Source: Enterococcus cecorum
GTDB taxonomy: Bacteria > Bacillota > Bacilli > Lactobacillales > Enterococcaceae
Direction: 5' to 3'
NCBI RefSeq assembly: GCF_052119425.1
Contig: NZ_JBQKFH010000011.1
Span: forward strand, 3,155 to 67,154
Length of the DNA stretch: 64,000 nucleotides
Below are positions 1-10,312 of the stretch, piece after piece; position 1 is the first letter of the stretch; each line of letters opens with the position of its first letter. A program made the translations under genes and the position numbers. The notes under the pieces were generated by a model. It had not been told where the DNA came from. It saw only the letters and a list, made by a program, of their open reading frames with translations, and ran no database searches.

Positions 1-655
1 CTAACATTTTCTTTGCATCTTCTGGTGTGCGGACATCGCCATTGCCCATAAATGGAATGTCGATGTTTTCTTTGACTTGACGCAAGATTTCCCAGTTTGC
101 ATGTCCTTCATACATTTGCACCCGAGTTCGACCATGCATTGCTAAAGCCGCTGCACCTCCTGCTTGAGCCGCTTTGGCATTTTCCACAGCGAATAAATGC
201 GCTTCATCCCAGCCAGTACGCATCTTCACAGTTACCGGTAATTTCACCGCAGAAGATACCGCATCGACCATTTCATAGACTTTATCTGGATCTAATAGCC
301 ATTTAGCCCCGGCTTCAGCTTTGATCACTTTATTTACCGGACAACCCATGTTAATGTCGATAATGGCTGCTTTAGTATTCGCTTCAACAAACTGAGCCGC
401 TTCTACCAAGCTATCTTTATTGCCACCAAAGATTTGCACGCTTAATGGATATTCGCGCTCATCGATGTAAAGCATGTCTAAAGTCTTTTTATTGCGGAAA
501 TGAATGCCTTGGTCACTAATCATTTCACACACGACCAGACCGGCCCCTGCTTCTTTGACTGTCACCCGAAATGCCGCATTAGAAATTCCAGCCATCGGTG
601 CCACTACGACTCGGTTTTTAATTTCAATATCGCCTATTTTCCAAGTATTTGTCAT
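1..655 (-). CDS. dusB: tRNA-dihydrouridine synthase DusB, truncated at its C-terminus by the window edge
   Basis: Reverse translation from the ATG at 655-653 gives MTNTWKIGDIEIKNRVVVAPMAGISNAAFR...DINMGCPV, which matches the Dus flavoprotein family. The ATG overlaps the hslO stop (ATGA). Confidence 0.75.
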   Translation of the reverse strand, partial: MTNTWKIGDIEIKNRVVVAPMAGISNAAFRVTVKEAGAGLVVCEMISDQGIHFRNKKTLDMLYIDEREYPLSVQIFGGNKDSLVEAAQFVEANTKAAIIDINMGCPVNKVIKAEAGAKWLLDPDKVYEMVDAVSSAVKLPVTVKMRTGWDEAHLFAVENAKAAQAGGAAALAMHGRTRVQMYEGHANWEILRQVKENIDIPFMGNGDVRTPEDAKKML

Positions 656-1539
656 TTGTTTTCCTCAATTTCTGTGATTAATCCTTGTAAGTCTTGCTCA
701 GAGAAGTGATATTTATTCCCGCAAAATGAGCAAACTGTTTCTGCGCCATGATCTTCATCTATCATTTCTTGTAATTCTTTGGTCCCTAAAGTAATCAGTG
801 CTGTGGCGAATTTGTCTTTGTTACAATCGCACTTAAAGCAAACTGGTTGGGTTTCAAGATAAAAAATGGTCGTGTCATCCAAAATGGTTTCTAAAATTTG
901 TTCTGGCGTCATCCCACTATCTAAAAGACTAGATACACGTGGCAGGCTGGCTAATTTTTGCTCTAGGCGTGAAATCAGCTCTTCACTTGCACCCGGCATA
1001 ATTTGTAGCATGAATCCACCTGCTATTTGAATCGTGTCATCTGGATTTACCAAGACACTTAGTCCAACTGCTGAAGGGATTTGTTCAGAAGAGGCTAGAT
1101 AATAGGTGAAATCTTCCCCTAGCTCACCAGATACAATCGGTGTTTGACCGGTAAATGGTTCTTTCAAGCCTAAATCTTTAATCACGACAAATGACCCTTG
1201 CGTACCCACCGCGCCTCTGACATCAATTTTTCCTTGCGCATTTAATGGTAGGGCAACTTTAGGGTTTTGGATATATCCTTTAACTTCTCCTTTGGCATTT
1301 CCATCGACAATGATTGCCCCTGCTGGACCGTCACCTAAGATTTTTACGGTTAATTTATCTTCCCCTTTTAAAGTCGATCCTAAAAGCAAAGTTCCCACTA
1401 AGGCACGACCTAACGCAGCCGATGCCGTATGCCAAGTTTCATGTCTTTTTTGCGCCTCTGCTACGGTATCTGTGGCATTCACCGCATAGGCACGTACCAC
1501 ACCATCATAGGCCAGCGCTTTTACTAAATAATCAGCCAT
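652..1539 (-). CDS. hslO: Redox-regulated chaperone Hsp33 (HslO)
   Basis: MADYLVKALAYDGVVRAYA at the N-terminus and a C-terminal zinc centre CxxC...CxxC (CFKCDC...CSFCG). I re-called the start at the ATG at 1539, which has an AGGAGG SD; the ORF-track start at 1614 lacks an SD. Confidence 0.9.
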   Translation of the reverse strand: MADYLVKALAYDGVVRAYAVNATDTVAEAQKRHETWHTASAALGRALVGTLLLGSTLKGEDKLTVKILGDGPAGAIIVDGNAKGEVKGYIQNPKVALPLNAQGKIDVRGAVGTQGSFVVIKDLGLKEPFTGQTPIVSGELGEDFTYYLASSEQIPSAVGLSVLVNPDDTIQIAGGFMLQIMPGASEELISRLEQKLASLPRVSSLLDSGMTPEQILETILDDTTIFYLETQPVCFKCDCNKDKFATALITLGTKELQEMIDEDHGAETVCSFCGNKYHFSEQDLQGLITEIEENK

Positions 1540-1902
1540 TTTTCTCCTCCTTTGGCTCTTTTCACTTTTTCCTCGATACCTAAAGATAATACCGAATTCA
1601 CGGGAAAAATTCAAATTTAAAGTTTAATTGCAAAAAGAGAACAGCACGGGGGCTATTCTCTACTCATTTCCAAACGCCATTGCATCTTACATGACTCCAG
1701 AAAGTTCAGTGGATTCAGGTTTTAGTTTTTCACCATAAAGTATTCATCCAGCCCATCAAATAGCGGTAAAATCCCTAAATTATTCGCTATAACAAAGTCG
1801 AATTACTTGCTTGATCATACATTTCCCTCCATAATCGCCTAACACCTTAACAATCGCCTAAAATAGAGTTATAATTAGGCGAAAAGTGAAGGAGGTAGGC
1901 GA

Positions 1903-2949
1903 ATGAGAATTTTTAATTATGAAAATCTAGCAAGTATGAAGTGGGATAGCGAAGTTGTAAATCTCCTCACCCAAATTCATGAACATAAGGGAAAACAAGA
2001 ACTTTTTCTTCAAAGAAAGCCTGCTGTTTTAGATAAATTAGTGGAAATTGCTAAAATTCAAAGTGTAGAGGATTCTAACAAAATTGAAGGTATTGTTACG
2101 ACATCAGTAAGAATTAAGGAATTGATGAATCAAAAAACAACACCTAAAAATAGAGATGAAGAAGAAATTCTAGGATATAGAGATGTGCTCAATACAATCC
2201 ACGAAAGCTATGAATACATCCCAATTAATAGTAACTATATTTTACAACTTCATAGAAATCTATTTAAGTATAGTGAGAAAGGTATAGGTGGCCGATATAA
2301 GAACACTCAGAATACTATTGTAGGAAAAGATGCAAATGGTCATACCATCGAAATATTTAAACCTTTATCTCCATACGAAACGCCCGCTGCAGTAGAACAA
2401 ATTTGTAACGAATTAAACAGGGCTCTTGATAGAAAAGAAATAGATTCACTCCTTCTAATCCCAATTTTTATTCATGATTTTCTATGCATCCACCCTTTCA
2501 ATGATGGCAACGGAAGAATGAGTCGATTATTAACCACACTCCTTCTTTATAGACAAGGATATTTTATTGGAAAATATATCAGTTTAGAAAGTAAAATAGA
2601 AAAAAATAAAGATAGCTATTACGTATCTTTAGAAAAAAGCGGAATCGGTTGGTCTGAAAATAAGGATAATCCTCTACCATTTATCAAGTATATCCTTAGA
2701 ACAATATTAGCCGCTTACATTGACTTTGAAGAAAGAGTAGATTATGTAGATGAAAAAACACCTACAATAACCCTTGTGAGAAATGCCGTTGATAGCAAAT
2801 TAGGGAAGTTTACAAAGAGTGATATTATGGAATTAGTGCCTAGCGTAGGAAGAGCAACAATTGAAAATATGCTTAAAAAACTTACTGAAGAAGAATACAT
2901 TGAAAGACATGGTAAAGGAAGAGCGACATTTTATGTAAAAAAACAATGA
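1903..2949 (+). CDS. Fic/Doc-family protein with intrinsic inhibitory helix (class II) and a probable C-terminal winged-helix domain
   Basis: Fic motif HPFNDGNGRMSRLL; N-terminal SNKIEG matches the (S/T)xxxE(G/N) inhibitory motif; strong GAAGGAGG SD. Confidence 0.8.
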   Translation: MRIFNYENLASMKWDSEVVNLLTQIHEHKGKQELFLQRKPAVLDKLVEIAKIQSVEDSNKIEGIVTTSVRIKELMNQKTTPKNRDEEEILGYRDVLNTIHESYEYIPINSNYILQLHRNLFKYSEKGIGGRYKNTQNTIVGKDANGHTIEIFKPLSPYETPAAVEQICNELNRALDRKEIDSLLLIPIFIHDFLCIHPFNDGNGRMSRLLTTLLLYRQGYFIGKYISLESKIEKNKDSYYVSLEKSGIGWSENKDNPLPFIKYILRTILAAYIDFEERVDYVDEKTPTITLVRNAVDSKLGKFTKSDIMELVPSVGRATIENMLKKLTEEEYIERHGKGRATFYVKKQ

Positions 2950-3024
2950 GCAACTATAGACAGTGAATTTTAAGATAAAAACCAAATTGAACCTTTTCAT
3001 TTCTCTTTTCTAATTACCCACAAT

Positions 3025-3064
3025 TAAAAAAAGCGACCGATTGCTAGAATCAGTCGCTTTTTTC
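3025..3064. terminator. Bidirectional rho-independent terminator between fic and ftsH
   Basis: aaaaaaAGCGACcgattgctagaatcaGTCGCTtttttt: stem flanked by an A-run and a T-run. Confidence 0.6.
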
Positions 3065-5107
3065 TTATTCTTCAGTTGTATCATCTGGTGTGATTGTCGT
3101 ATCTTCATCAGATTGCGCTTGTTTTTTCGCATCACGTTCTTCTAGGGCACGTTTTGCTTCTTCATAACTTTGCGCTTTTTCACTTGGAAATTCAGATTCA
3201 TCTTGTGCAGGCATTTTCCCTGTTTCAAACAAGGACTTGATTGCCTTAGCATCTAATGTTTCAAACTCTAATAATTTTTCAGCAATTAATTTATGTTTGT
3301 CACGATGCGTTTCGATGATTTCACGTGCTTTATCATGAGCTTCCATCAAGATACGGCGAACTTCTTGGTCAATTTCATAAGCAATTTGTTCAGAATATGC
3401 TTTAGTTTGACCATAATCACGACCAATAAAGACTTGATGATTACCTTCGTATTGCACAGGTCCAAGCTTGTCACTCATACCATATTCAGTCACCATGCTG
3501 CGCGCTAAGGCTGTGGCTTGTTCAAAGTCATTGGAAGCCCCGGTAGATTGAACACCAAAGATAATTTCTTCAGCTGTACGTCCACCTAATAGACCAACAA
3601 TTTGTTCGAACATATCGTCTTTGGTTAACAACATTTGATCTTCTTTTGGTAAAGCAATCATGTAACCACCGGCGCGTCCACGAGGGATAATCGTTACCTT
3701 GTGTACAACACGCGCACGAGAAAGCACTAAACCAACAATGGTATGTCCGGCTTCGTGATAGGCCACCATTTCGCGCTCACGTTTACTAATGACGCGGTCT
3801 TTCTTAGCAGGACCAGCAATCACGCGGTCTTCAGCTTCATCAATATCAGAAGCATCGATTTTCGTTTTATTACGACGGGCAGCCACTAAAGCCGCTTCGT
3901 TTAAGACGTTTTCCAAATCAGCCCCGGCAAATCCTGGTGTTTGTTGGGCGATTACTTTCAAGTCGACGTCATCAGCCAATGGTTTATTTTTCGCATGGAC
4001 GCGTAAAATAGCTTCACGACCTTTGACATCGGGACGACCGACTAAAATTTGACGGTCAAATCGGCCTGGACGCAATAACGCTGGATCCAAGACGTCTGAA
4101 CGGTTGGTAGCAGCAATGACGATTACGCCTTCATTTCCACTGAAACCATCCATTTCAACAAGCAATTGGTTAAGGGTTTGTTCACGTTCATCATGTCCGC
4201 CACCCATACCAGCACCACGTTGACGACCCACTGCATCAATTTCATCGATAAAGATAATGGCTGGTGAGTTTTTCTTCGCAGTATCAAATAAATCACGTAC
4301 ACGACTTGCTCCGACCCCGACAAACATTTCTACAAAGTCTGAACCAGAGATAGAGTAAAATGGTACGCCTGCTTCACCGGCAACTGCTTTGGCTAATAAA
4401 GTTTTACCGGTTCCTGGAGGTCCTTCTAGTAACACCCCAGCTGGAATACGTGCACCTAATGCTGAGAAGCGACGTGGATCTTTTAAGAATTCCACCACTT
4501 CGACTAATTCTTGTTTTTCTTCTTCAGCCCCAGCTACGTCAGAGAAACGCACGCGGTTGGCTTTTTTATCGGCTTCTTTGGCTTTTGATTTACCAAAGTT
4601 CATCACGCCACGGCCACCACCGCCACCACCGGCTTGTTGACCCATAATCATGTAGAAGAAGAATATCATGATGACAAACGGCACCATGCTAATTAAGAAT
4701 GAAATCCAAACACCGCTGCTAGATTCTTCCTTAATGGTTGTATCTACGTTATGTGTTGCTGCCAAAGATGTAATTTCACTTAATGTGGAATCATTTGGCA
4801 AGACAATCGTTGTAAAACTCGTTGACTTCGTGCTAGTTGAACCTAGAATCGAAAGTCCACTGTTATTACTTACTGTTTGTTCATCTTTGTATTTCCCGCT
4901 AATTTTGTAGACGCCATTTGCCGGTTGTACGGAAAATGACTTGATTTTACCGTCTTCTAATTGCTCAGTAAATTTCGAGTAGTCAATCGATGGTGACTGA
5001 CTGCTACCATTGCCGACAAAGAAGATTAAAATCCCCGCCATTGCAAGAAGCACAAGGATGTAATATAAGGTATTTTTTAACATACCATTATTATTTTTTC
5101 TGTTCAT
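3065..5107 (-). CDS. ftsH: ATP-dependent zinc metalloprotease FtsH
   Basis: AAA+ Walker A GPPGTGKT, second region of homology (SRH) motif, HEAGH zinc site, N-terminal TM segments. Confidence 0.95.
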   Translation of the reverse strand: MNRKNNNGMLKNTLYYILVLLAMAGILIFFVGNGSSQSPSIDYSKFTEQLEDGKIKSFSVQPANGVYKISGKYKDEQTVSNNSGLSILGSTSTKSTSFTTIVLPNDSTLSEITSLAATHNVDTTIKEESSSGVWISFLISMVPFVIMIFFFYMIMGQQAGGGGGGRGVMNFGKSKAKEADKKANRVRFSDVAGAEEEKQELVEVVEFLKDPRRFSALGARIPAGVLLEGPPGTGKTLLAKAVAGEAGVPFYSISGSDFVEMFVGVGASRVRDLFDTAKKNSPAIIFIDEIDAVGRQRGAGMGGGHDEREQTLNQLLVEMDGFSGNEGVIVIAATNRSDVLDPALLRPGRFDRQILVGRPDVKGREAILRVHAKNKPLADDVDLKVIAQQTPGFAGADLENVLNEAALVAARRNKTKIDASDIDEAEDRVIAGPAKKDRVISKREREMVAYHEAGHTIVGLVLSRARVVHKVTIIPRGRAGGYMIALPKEDQMLLTKDDMFEQIVGLLGGRTAEEIIFGVQSTGASNDFEQATALARSMVTEYGMSDKLGPVQYEGNHQVFIGRDYGQTKAYSEQIAYEIDQEVRRILMEAHDKAREIIETHRDKHKLIAEKLLEFETLDAKAIKSLFETGKMPAQDESEFPSEKAQSYEEAKRALEERDAKKQAQSDEDTTITPDDTTEE

Positions 5108-5175
5108 CGAGCTCCTCCTTGCCCTTGTTTGTCTTTTATTGACCTATATATTTTAACATAAGTATCAATATTTTT

Positions 5176-5724
5176 TTACTCATTTGTTTGATAAATTTCA
5201 GGTTTTAATACCCCAACATAAGGTAAATTACGATAACGTTCGCAGTAATCTAAACCATAGCCGACCACAAATTCATTCGGCACATCAAAGCCAACATAAT
5301 CAGCTTCGATATCCACCGCGCGTCCTTCTGGTTTGTCTAAAAGGGTCACAATGGTAATCGAATTTGCTTTACGATATTTGAATAGGTCTACTAAATATGC
5401 CAAAGTACGACCACTATCAATAATATCTTCCACGATTAACATGTCACGGCCTTCTACATTGGTATCAAGATCTTTCACAATTTTGACCTCACCAGATGAC
5501 ACTAAGGCATTTCCGTAACTTGAAACATCCATAAAGTCGATTTCCACATGGCTATCCATCGCACGAATAATATCCGCCATAAAAGGAACAGCCCCTTTTA
5601 AGACACCTACGACTAAAGGAGTTTTTCCTGCAAATTTTTCTTGTAATTCCTTACCTAGTTCTTCACAACGAGCGGCGATTTGCTCTTTTGTAATCAATAC
5701 TTTTTCAATGTCATTCATCAACAT
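5176..5724 (-). CDS. hpt: Hypoxanthine-guanine phosphoribosyltransferase
   Basis: PRPP-binding [10 protein letters not shown] motif, about 180 aa, conserved position between tilS and ftsH. Confidence 0.9.
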   Translation of the reverse strand: MLMNDIEKVLITKEQIAARCEELGKELQEKFAGKTPLVVGVLKGAVPFMADIIRAMDSHVEIDFMDVSSYGNALVSSGEVKIVKDLDTNVEGRDMLIVEDIIDSGRTLAYLVDLFKYRKANSITIVTLLDKPEGRAVDIEADYVGFDVPNEFVVGYGLDYCERYRNLPYVGVLKPEIYQTNE

Positions 5725-5744
5725 GACCTTATCCTCCTTAAATG

Positions 5745-7133
5745 CTACTCTATGTATCGATAGACCAGTATGTAACGTATTTTATCAGTTTTAGCATCAA
5801 TACTCAAATAAGAATTCACAAAAGGAAGCAAACTCATGATATTTTTTGACGCATCTAAGACCACAATTGCCTGCATTCTTTGTGCTGTCGGCATCTTTTC
5901 GTCAATAAAATACCGCCGAACCTTTTTTGTTAAACTTGCACTTAACGCGATTTTATCCCCAGGTTTTCTCGGGCGTAACGTTAAAACCGGATTTAATTCT
6001 GCCAAAAATTCATGGCGAAATTCTGAGAAATGTTTGACTTTTTTGGGAATTTTTTCCTCCCCTGCGACAAACAAGCCCACCCAACGATTTTCATCAATCA
6101 TGATTGACTCGCCCACTTTGAGCGTGTAGCAAAAATCTTGACTCGTCACTTTTTCTTTTTGACGCGCAATGATTAGCTTGTCTTGGCTGGCTTGAATTTG
6201 CCACTGGTTTTCTACCGAGAGTACAAAAGTAAGGCGCTTCTCGGCAAGTAGGTCTAACACTTGCGCTACATGGGCTTCTTTTAAGGGAATCTGCGCTTTA
6301 AGTGATAAGCGATGAAAAATCCCCTGTAAAGCAAAATAGCGTTTCGCCGGTGTGAGTTGCAAAAAGGGTTCAAGCAAAATCTGATAAGTATCGTACCTTT
6401 GTCTGACAAGTGTATCATACCATGTATCTTGCATTTCTTCCAAGATTTCCTGTAAAAAGTGCAGCTGCTCACCCAAACGCGCCACTTGGTTTAACGCTTG
6501 CGGATTTTCGCCTTTTAGCACTGGCAGTACCTGATGACGCATACGATTACGCGCATAGGCAAGACTTTGATTGGTTTCATCTTCAAAATAGGTTAATCGC
6601 TTTTCGTGCGCATAATCATAAAGTGTCTTTTTATCCGTAAATAGTAAAGGACGGTACAATGGCAAGTCGGTCTCAGGAAGCACACTTTTGGCTTTCATAC
6701 CAGCTAGATTTTGAAAATTACCGTACTTGACTAACTTCATCAGCATGGTTTCCAGTTGGTCATCGCCATGGTGGGCCGTTAATAGACAAGTAAATCCTTG
6801 TGCTTTCATCACTTGGGCAAAATAACGATATCTTGCTTTTCTTGCCTGCGCTTCAAGATTTGTGGTCGTTTTTTCTTGCCAATTTGCCGTAAAGAAAGGT
6901 AATTGGTGTGTTCGGCAATATTCTTTTATAAAGGCTTGTTCTATCGCTGCACTTTCTCTTAGTTGATGGTTAAAATGCACCACCGCCATTGGGATTTTTG
7001 CAAAACATCGCTGCATCAAATCAAGCAAGACCATCGAATCCACGCCACCAGATACAGCAATTAATATCCGATCACCGGGCTTAAAAAAAGCATTTTTTTG
7101 ACAATGTTGATAGAATTGTTTGGCTAAATCCAT
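5745..7133 (-). CDS. tilS: tRNA(Ile)-lysidine synthetase
   Basis: N-terminal PP-loop SGGVDS, synteny with hpt and ftsH. Confidence 0.85.
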   Translation of the reverse strand: MDLAKQFYQHCQKNAFFKPGDRILIAVSGGVDSMVLLDLMQRCFAKIPMAVVHFNHQLRESAAIEQAFIKEYCRTHQLPFFTANWQEKTTTNLEAQARKARYRYFAQVMKAQGFTCLLTAHHGDDQLETMLMKLVKYGNFQNLAGMKAKSVLPETDLPLYRPLLFTDKKTLYDYAHEKRLTYFEDETNQSLAYARNRMRHQVLPVLKGENPQALNQVARLGEQLHFLQEILEEMQDTWYDTLVRQRYDTYQILLEPFLQLTPAKRYFALQGIFHRLSLKAQIPLKEAHVAQVLDLLAEKRLTFVLSVENQWQIQASQDKLIIARQKEKVTSQDFCYTLKVGESIMIDENRWVGLFVAGEEKIPKKVKHFSEFRHEFLAELNPVLTLRPRKPGDKIALSASLTKKVRRYFIDEKMPTAQRMQAIVVLDASKNIMSLLPFVNSYLSIDAKTDKIRYILVYRYIE

Positions 7134-7159
7134 AGCACACCCCTTTCCTTATTTGGCGA

Positions 7160-7366
7160 CATCACTCGGACTTTCCCGACATTCCGGACAACCTTAGCTG
7201 CTTGGAGCTAATCGACCCGGCTCACATCCTTATAACTCGGCGTTCAACAGCTAGACATTGTGAAGTTCGCCCTCCCGCTTGAGAAAATCCCCTTTCATCC
7301 GATTTTCTCAGCGGTAGGTAAGCACATAAATTTCTTCGAGGCTTTCCGAGCTACTTCACGACCTTA
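7160..7366. repeat. Interspersed intergenic repeat, copy A (EFAR-like modular repeat)
   Basis: Shares modules cggactttcccgacRttcYggacaaMc, ctgcttggagct..gctcacatcctta..cggcgttca and ..cttcacgacc with 19226-19398, 24735-24799 and 48833-48902. Confidence 0.6.
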
Positions 7367-7441
7367 TAATAAAACGAGCATCAATTAAGTCTCGTCTGGA
7401 ATAATGAGTACTTAACTGATGCTTAGAAATAATAATTTGAA

Positions 7442-7873
7442 TTAGCTACGACGTCCGCCACGTCCACCGCGTTTGCCTTCTGTATTGCGGCGTAAAGAAG
7501 CTAGGCGATCATCGCTATCCTTTAAGAATGAACTCATCAGCGCATCGAAGTCTTGCTTAGGTGCATTTTCTTTGCGGCCATTATGATTTTTGTTAAATGG
7601 TTTTTTGTGTGAATGTTCCTTCTTTTCTTCTTTTGGCTTGTCAATTGCTTTACGAATGGATAAACCAATCTTCCCATCTTCGCCTATAGCAGTTACCAAA
7701 ACAGTCACTTCATCGCCAACTTTGAGTACTTCATTAATGTCTTTGACGAAACCATTTGAAACTTCACTAATATGCACTAGGCCGGTTTTTCCCTTTCCCA
7801 AATCTACAAAAGCACCAAAATTGGTAATTCCTGATACTTTTCCTGGTAGTTTTGCTCCAACTTCGATTGACAT
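7442..7873 (-). CDS. S1 RNA-binding domain protein (YabR-like)
   Basis: S1 fold signature (GxV..I..FGAFV); position upstream of tilS as in Bacillus yabR. Confidence 0.8.
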   Translation of the reverse strand: MSIEVGAKLPGKVSGITNFGAFVDLGKGKTGLVHISEVSNGFVKDINEVLKVGDEVTVLVTAIGEDGKIGLSIRKAIDKPKEEKKEHSHKKPFNKNHNGRKENAPKQDFDALMSSFLKDSDDRLASLRRNTEGKRGGRGGRRS

Positions 7874-7937
7874 AAAAAAATAGTTCCTCCTAATATAACC
7901 CTTGTATATAATTCAACGTGACTTGCACGATGGATCC

Positions 7938-8327
7938 TTAATCATTTGAATCGCTAGTCTCCGGCAACACATAAACTAGCTCTCCTTCTTTTGTATAAAA
8001 ATAACGACTTCTAGCAAGTTTACCCACATAGTCATCGTCTTTTAATTGCGCCACTTCTTTTTCTAGAGCAGCCTTTTCTTCCTTAGTCGTTTTATTCTTT
8101 TCCTTTGTTTCTTGTGCGTAAGTCTTTAATTCACGCAAACGCATTTGATCTTTGAAAAGCGCCACACCTGCACTAGCAAACAAAATAAAGGCAATCGTGA
8201 ACAGGAGGGTCAAACGACGTCTGCGAAAGATTAACTGTCGCTGTGTATAGTTAGTGCTTGCATGAAATTGTTTGGTTGCAGCATTATCCAACATATGTAC
8301 ATTATCTTTTTTTGCCTTTTTCAACAC
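7938..8327 (-). CDS. divIC: Septum formation initiator (DivIC/FtsB family)
   Basis: Single TM segment, coiled coil, then the C-terminal YVGKLARSRYFYTKEGELVY motif; synteny yabQ-divIC-yabR. Confidence 0.6.
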   Translation of the reverse strand: MLKKAKKDNVHMLDNAATKQFHASTNYTQRQLIFRRRRLTLLFTIAFILFASAGVALFKDQMRLRELKTYAQETKEKNKTTKEEKAALEKEVAQLKDDDYVGKLARSRYFYTKEGELVYVLPETSDSND

Positions 8328-8455
8328 CCTTGCCTCCTATTGATTCTTTCATACTTGTCAATTATACCAATATCTAAAAACAATGTCTAGATAGCTAAAT
8401 TGAAAGTCAGACAAAAAATAGCCTTCCTCTTTTTTAGAGAAAGACCATTTTCTTT

Positions 8456-8716
8456 TTAAGCTTCTATGCGTTTTTCAGAAAGAATTTCATACATCTTACT
8501 TGCATCTTCTTTTTTTGTAGAATCTTGCAAAGCGAGCACTTTGACTTCAAGCGTTTTATTGCCAAATTGAATTTGCAATACATCGCCGACTTTTAACGTG
8601 CTACTTGATTTGGCTAATTTGCCATTAATTTGAATTCGTCCTTTATCTGCTACTTCCTTGGCAACAGAGCGACGTTTAATGATTCTGGATACTTTTAAAA
8701 ATTTATCTAATCTCAT
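8456..8716 (-). CDS. S4-domain RNA-binding protein (YabO/Hsp15-like)
   Basis: [17 protein letters not shown]4 N-terminus. I re-called the start at the internal Met at 8716; the ORF-track start at 8770 would overlap the upstream gene by 58 nt. Confidence 0.7.
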   Translation of the reverse strand: MRLDKFLKVSRIIKRRSVAKEVADKGRIQINGKLAKSSSTLKVGDVLQIQFGNKTLEVKVLALQDSTKKEDASKMYEILSEKRIEA

Positions 8717-10305
8717 TTTTTCCCTCGCATTAATACTAAAATTTGTTTTCCTTTTGGTAATAAGAGCCACTCACGAATCGTCAATAAGCGGACTTTTAAA
8801 GCTGTTACTAAAAATAATGTCGCACCAATTATCACGCCGAGAATACATACCGCTAATGAAGCCAGCCGCGATAAGTCAGTCGGTAAAAGCTGTAGATAAC
8901 CGATTAACCCTATCGTCATCACTAATAAACACACAGCTAATTTTAGCACAAATTGATCTTCTTTCCAAAATCCATTGACTACACGACTTGTCTTTAGCAT
9001 AAAATAGCCCAAAGCATATCCTAAAGCAAGAATGGTGGAAAGACTCGCACCATTAATCGAAAAGAAAATCGTGAGCGGATAAGATAAAATCATTTTTAGC
9101 ACAATCGCACCTACAACAGCATAAAAAGCCGGTCGAAAATGATTTTTGCTTTGTTCAATGGCTTGGTAACTCTGAATCATCGACATCATAAAAATCGCAA
9201 TAGCAAAAATACTCAAGGCGCTACTTCCTAAGGTGTCTCTAAACAAGGCTTTATTCATCAAAGGTAAGATTAAAATCAGCCCCACGGTAGCCGCACTCGC
9301 CAAGGTAGCTATCAAACGCAAATACATCTTACTAGAACGTAGGTGAGAAAATTCCTTCTCTTGCATCTGATAACGGGTCAGATTAGGCAGAAAACTCGCA
9401 GACAAAGCGGTTGAAACGACTAAGCCTAATTGTACAAAAGGTTGACCACGGTCGTAAATGCCTTTTAAATTTTGCGCCTCAAGCATAGAAAGCCCCGCCT
9501 GATGCAATCCGTTCGCAACTGTAAAGCTATCCACTAACTGAAAGACAATCAATAGTCCGGTATAAAGCGTAAGTAAGCCACCTTCAATTATTAAGCGTGA
9601 TAACAGATAGCGTTCGGTTTGGAAAAGTTCTTTGATTTGTGCCACAGACGGCCAAGCAAAGTGTAGCCAAGATAACTGTTGCTTTTGATATTTCTTTAAA
9701 ATGCATAAGGCAATTATCCCACCAATCACTGAGCCTGTCATCGCCCATTGTGCCGTCTGGTAGACATCAAAATACCCGAAAGAAAATCCCAAAGCTGCCA
9801 AAATGATGATGAGTACGCGAATCAGCTGCTCATATACCTGGGAGACCCCACTAGCTAGCATCGCCAATTCACTCTGATAAGCGCCACGATAAATAGAAAG
9901 CAACGGTACTAAGAAAAAGGTACAGGCACTCACCATCAACACACCAGTTAATCGTTCATTGCCCATCCATCTGGCAAGCAGTGGACTCAGTAGCAGCAAA
10001 CCAATCGCCATCGTAAAAGATAAAATCACCAATAGTGGAAAGATTTTCGCTGCTTTTTTCTGTTTTTCTAAATCATTTGGACTTTCCGCTAAAAACTTGG
10101 ATAAAAATTGCGGAAAGCCTGTTAACGCCAAAGTCATCGCTACTCCATAAAAGGGGTAAGCTTGCTGATAGACATAAAAGCCCAAATCACCCACAAAGTT
10201 TTGGAAAGGAACGCGATAAACCGCACTTAAGATTTTTGATAAAAAGGCCGCAAATGTTAATATAAACGCCCCTTTGAGTAATTGTTTCATACTTTTATCG
10301 GACAT
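8713..10305 (-). CDS. MOP-superfamily polysaccharide biosynthesis/flippase protein (YabM-like, MurJ/Wzx-type)
   Basis: About 530 aa with about 14 predicted TM segments; position downstream of mfd as in B. subtilis yabM. Start re-called at MSDKS (10305), which has a GAGGA SD. Confidence 0.7.
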   Translation of the reverse strand: MSDKSMKQLLKGAFILTFAAFLSKILSAVYRVPFQNFVGDLGFYVYQQAYPFYGVAMTLALTGFPQFLSKFLAESPNDLEKQKKAAKIFPLLVILSFTMAIGLLLLSPLLARWMGNERLTGVLMVSACTFFLVPLLSIYRGAYQSELAMLASGVSQVYEQLIRVLIIILAALGFSFGYFDVYQTAQWAMTGSVIGGIIALCILKKYQKQQLSWLHFAWPSVAQIKELFQTERYLLSRLIIEGGLLTLYTGLLIVFQLVDSFTVANGLHQAGLSMLEAQNLKGIYDRGQPFVQLGLVVSTALSASFLPNLTRYQMQEKEFSHLRSSKMYLRLIATLASAATVGLILILPLMNKALFRDTLGSSALSIFAIAIFMMSMIQSYQAIEQSKNHFRPAFYAVVGAIVLKMILSYPLTIFFSINGASLSTILALGYALGYFMLKTSRVVNGFWKEDQFVLKLAVCLLVMTIGLIGYLQLLPTDLSRLASLAVCILGVIIGATLFLVTALKVRLLTIREWLLLPKGKQILVLMRGKK

Positions 10306-10312
10306 TGGATCC

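Noticed and set aside
1292-1583. Plus-strand ORFs antisense to hslO. The same pattern recurs inside ftsH, mfd, tilS, cyd and other genes.
   Set aside because: Antisense ORFs inside well-supported conserved genes, with no SD. Treated as frame noise.
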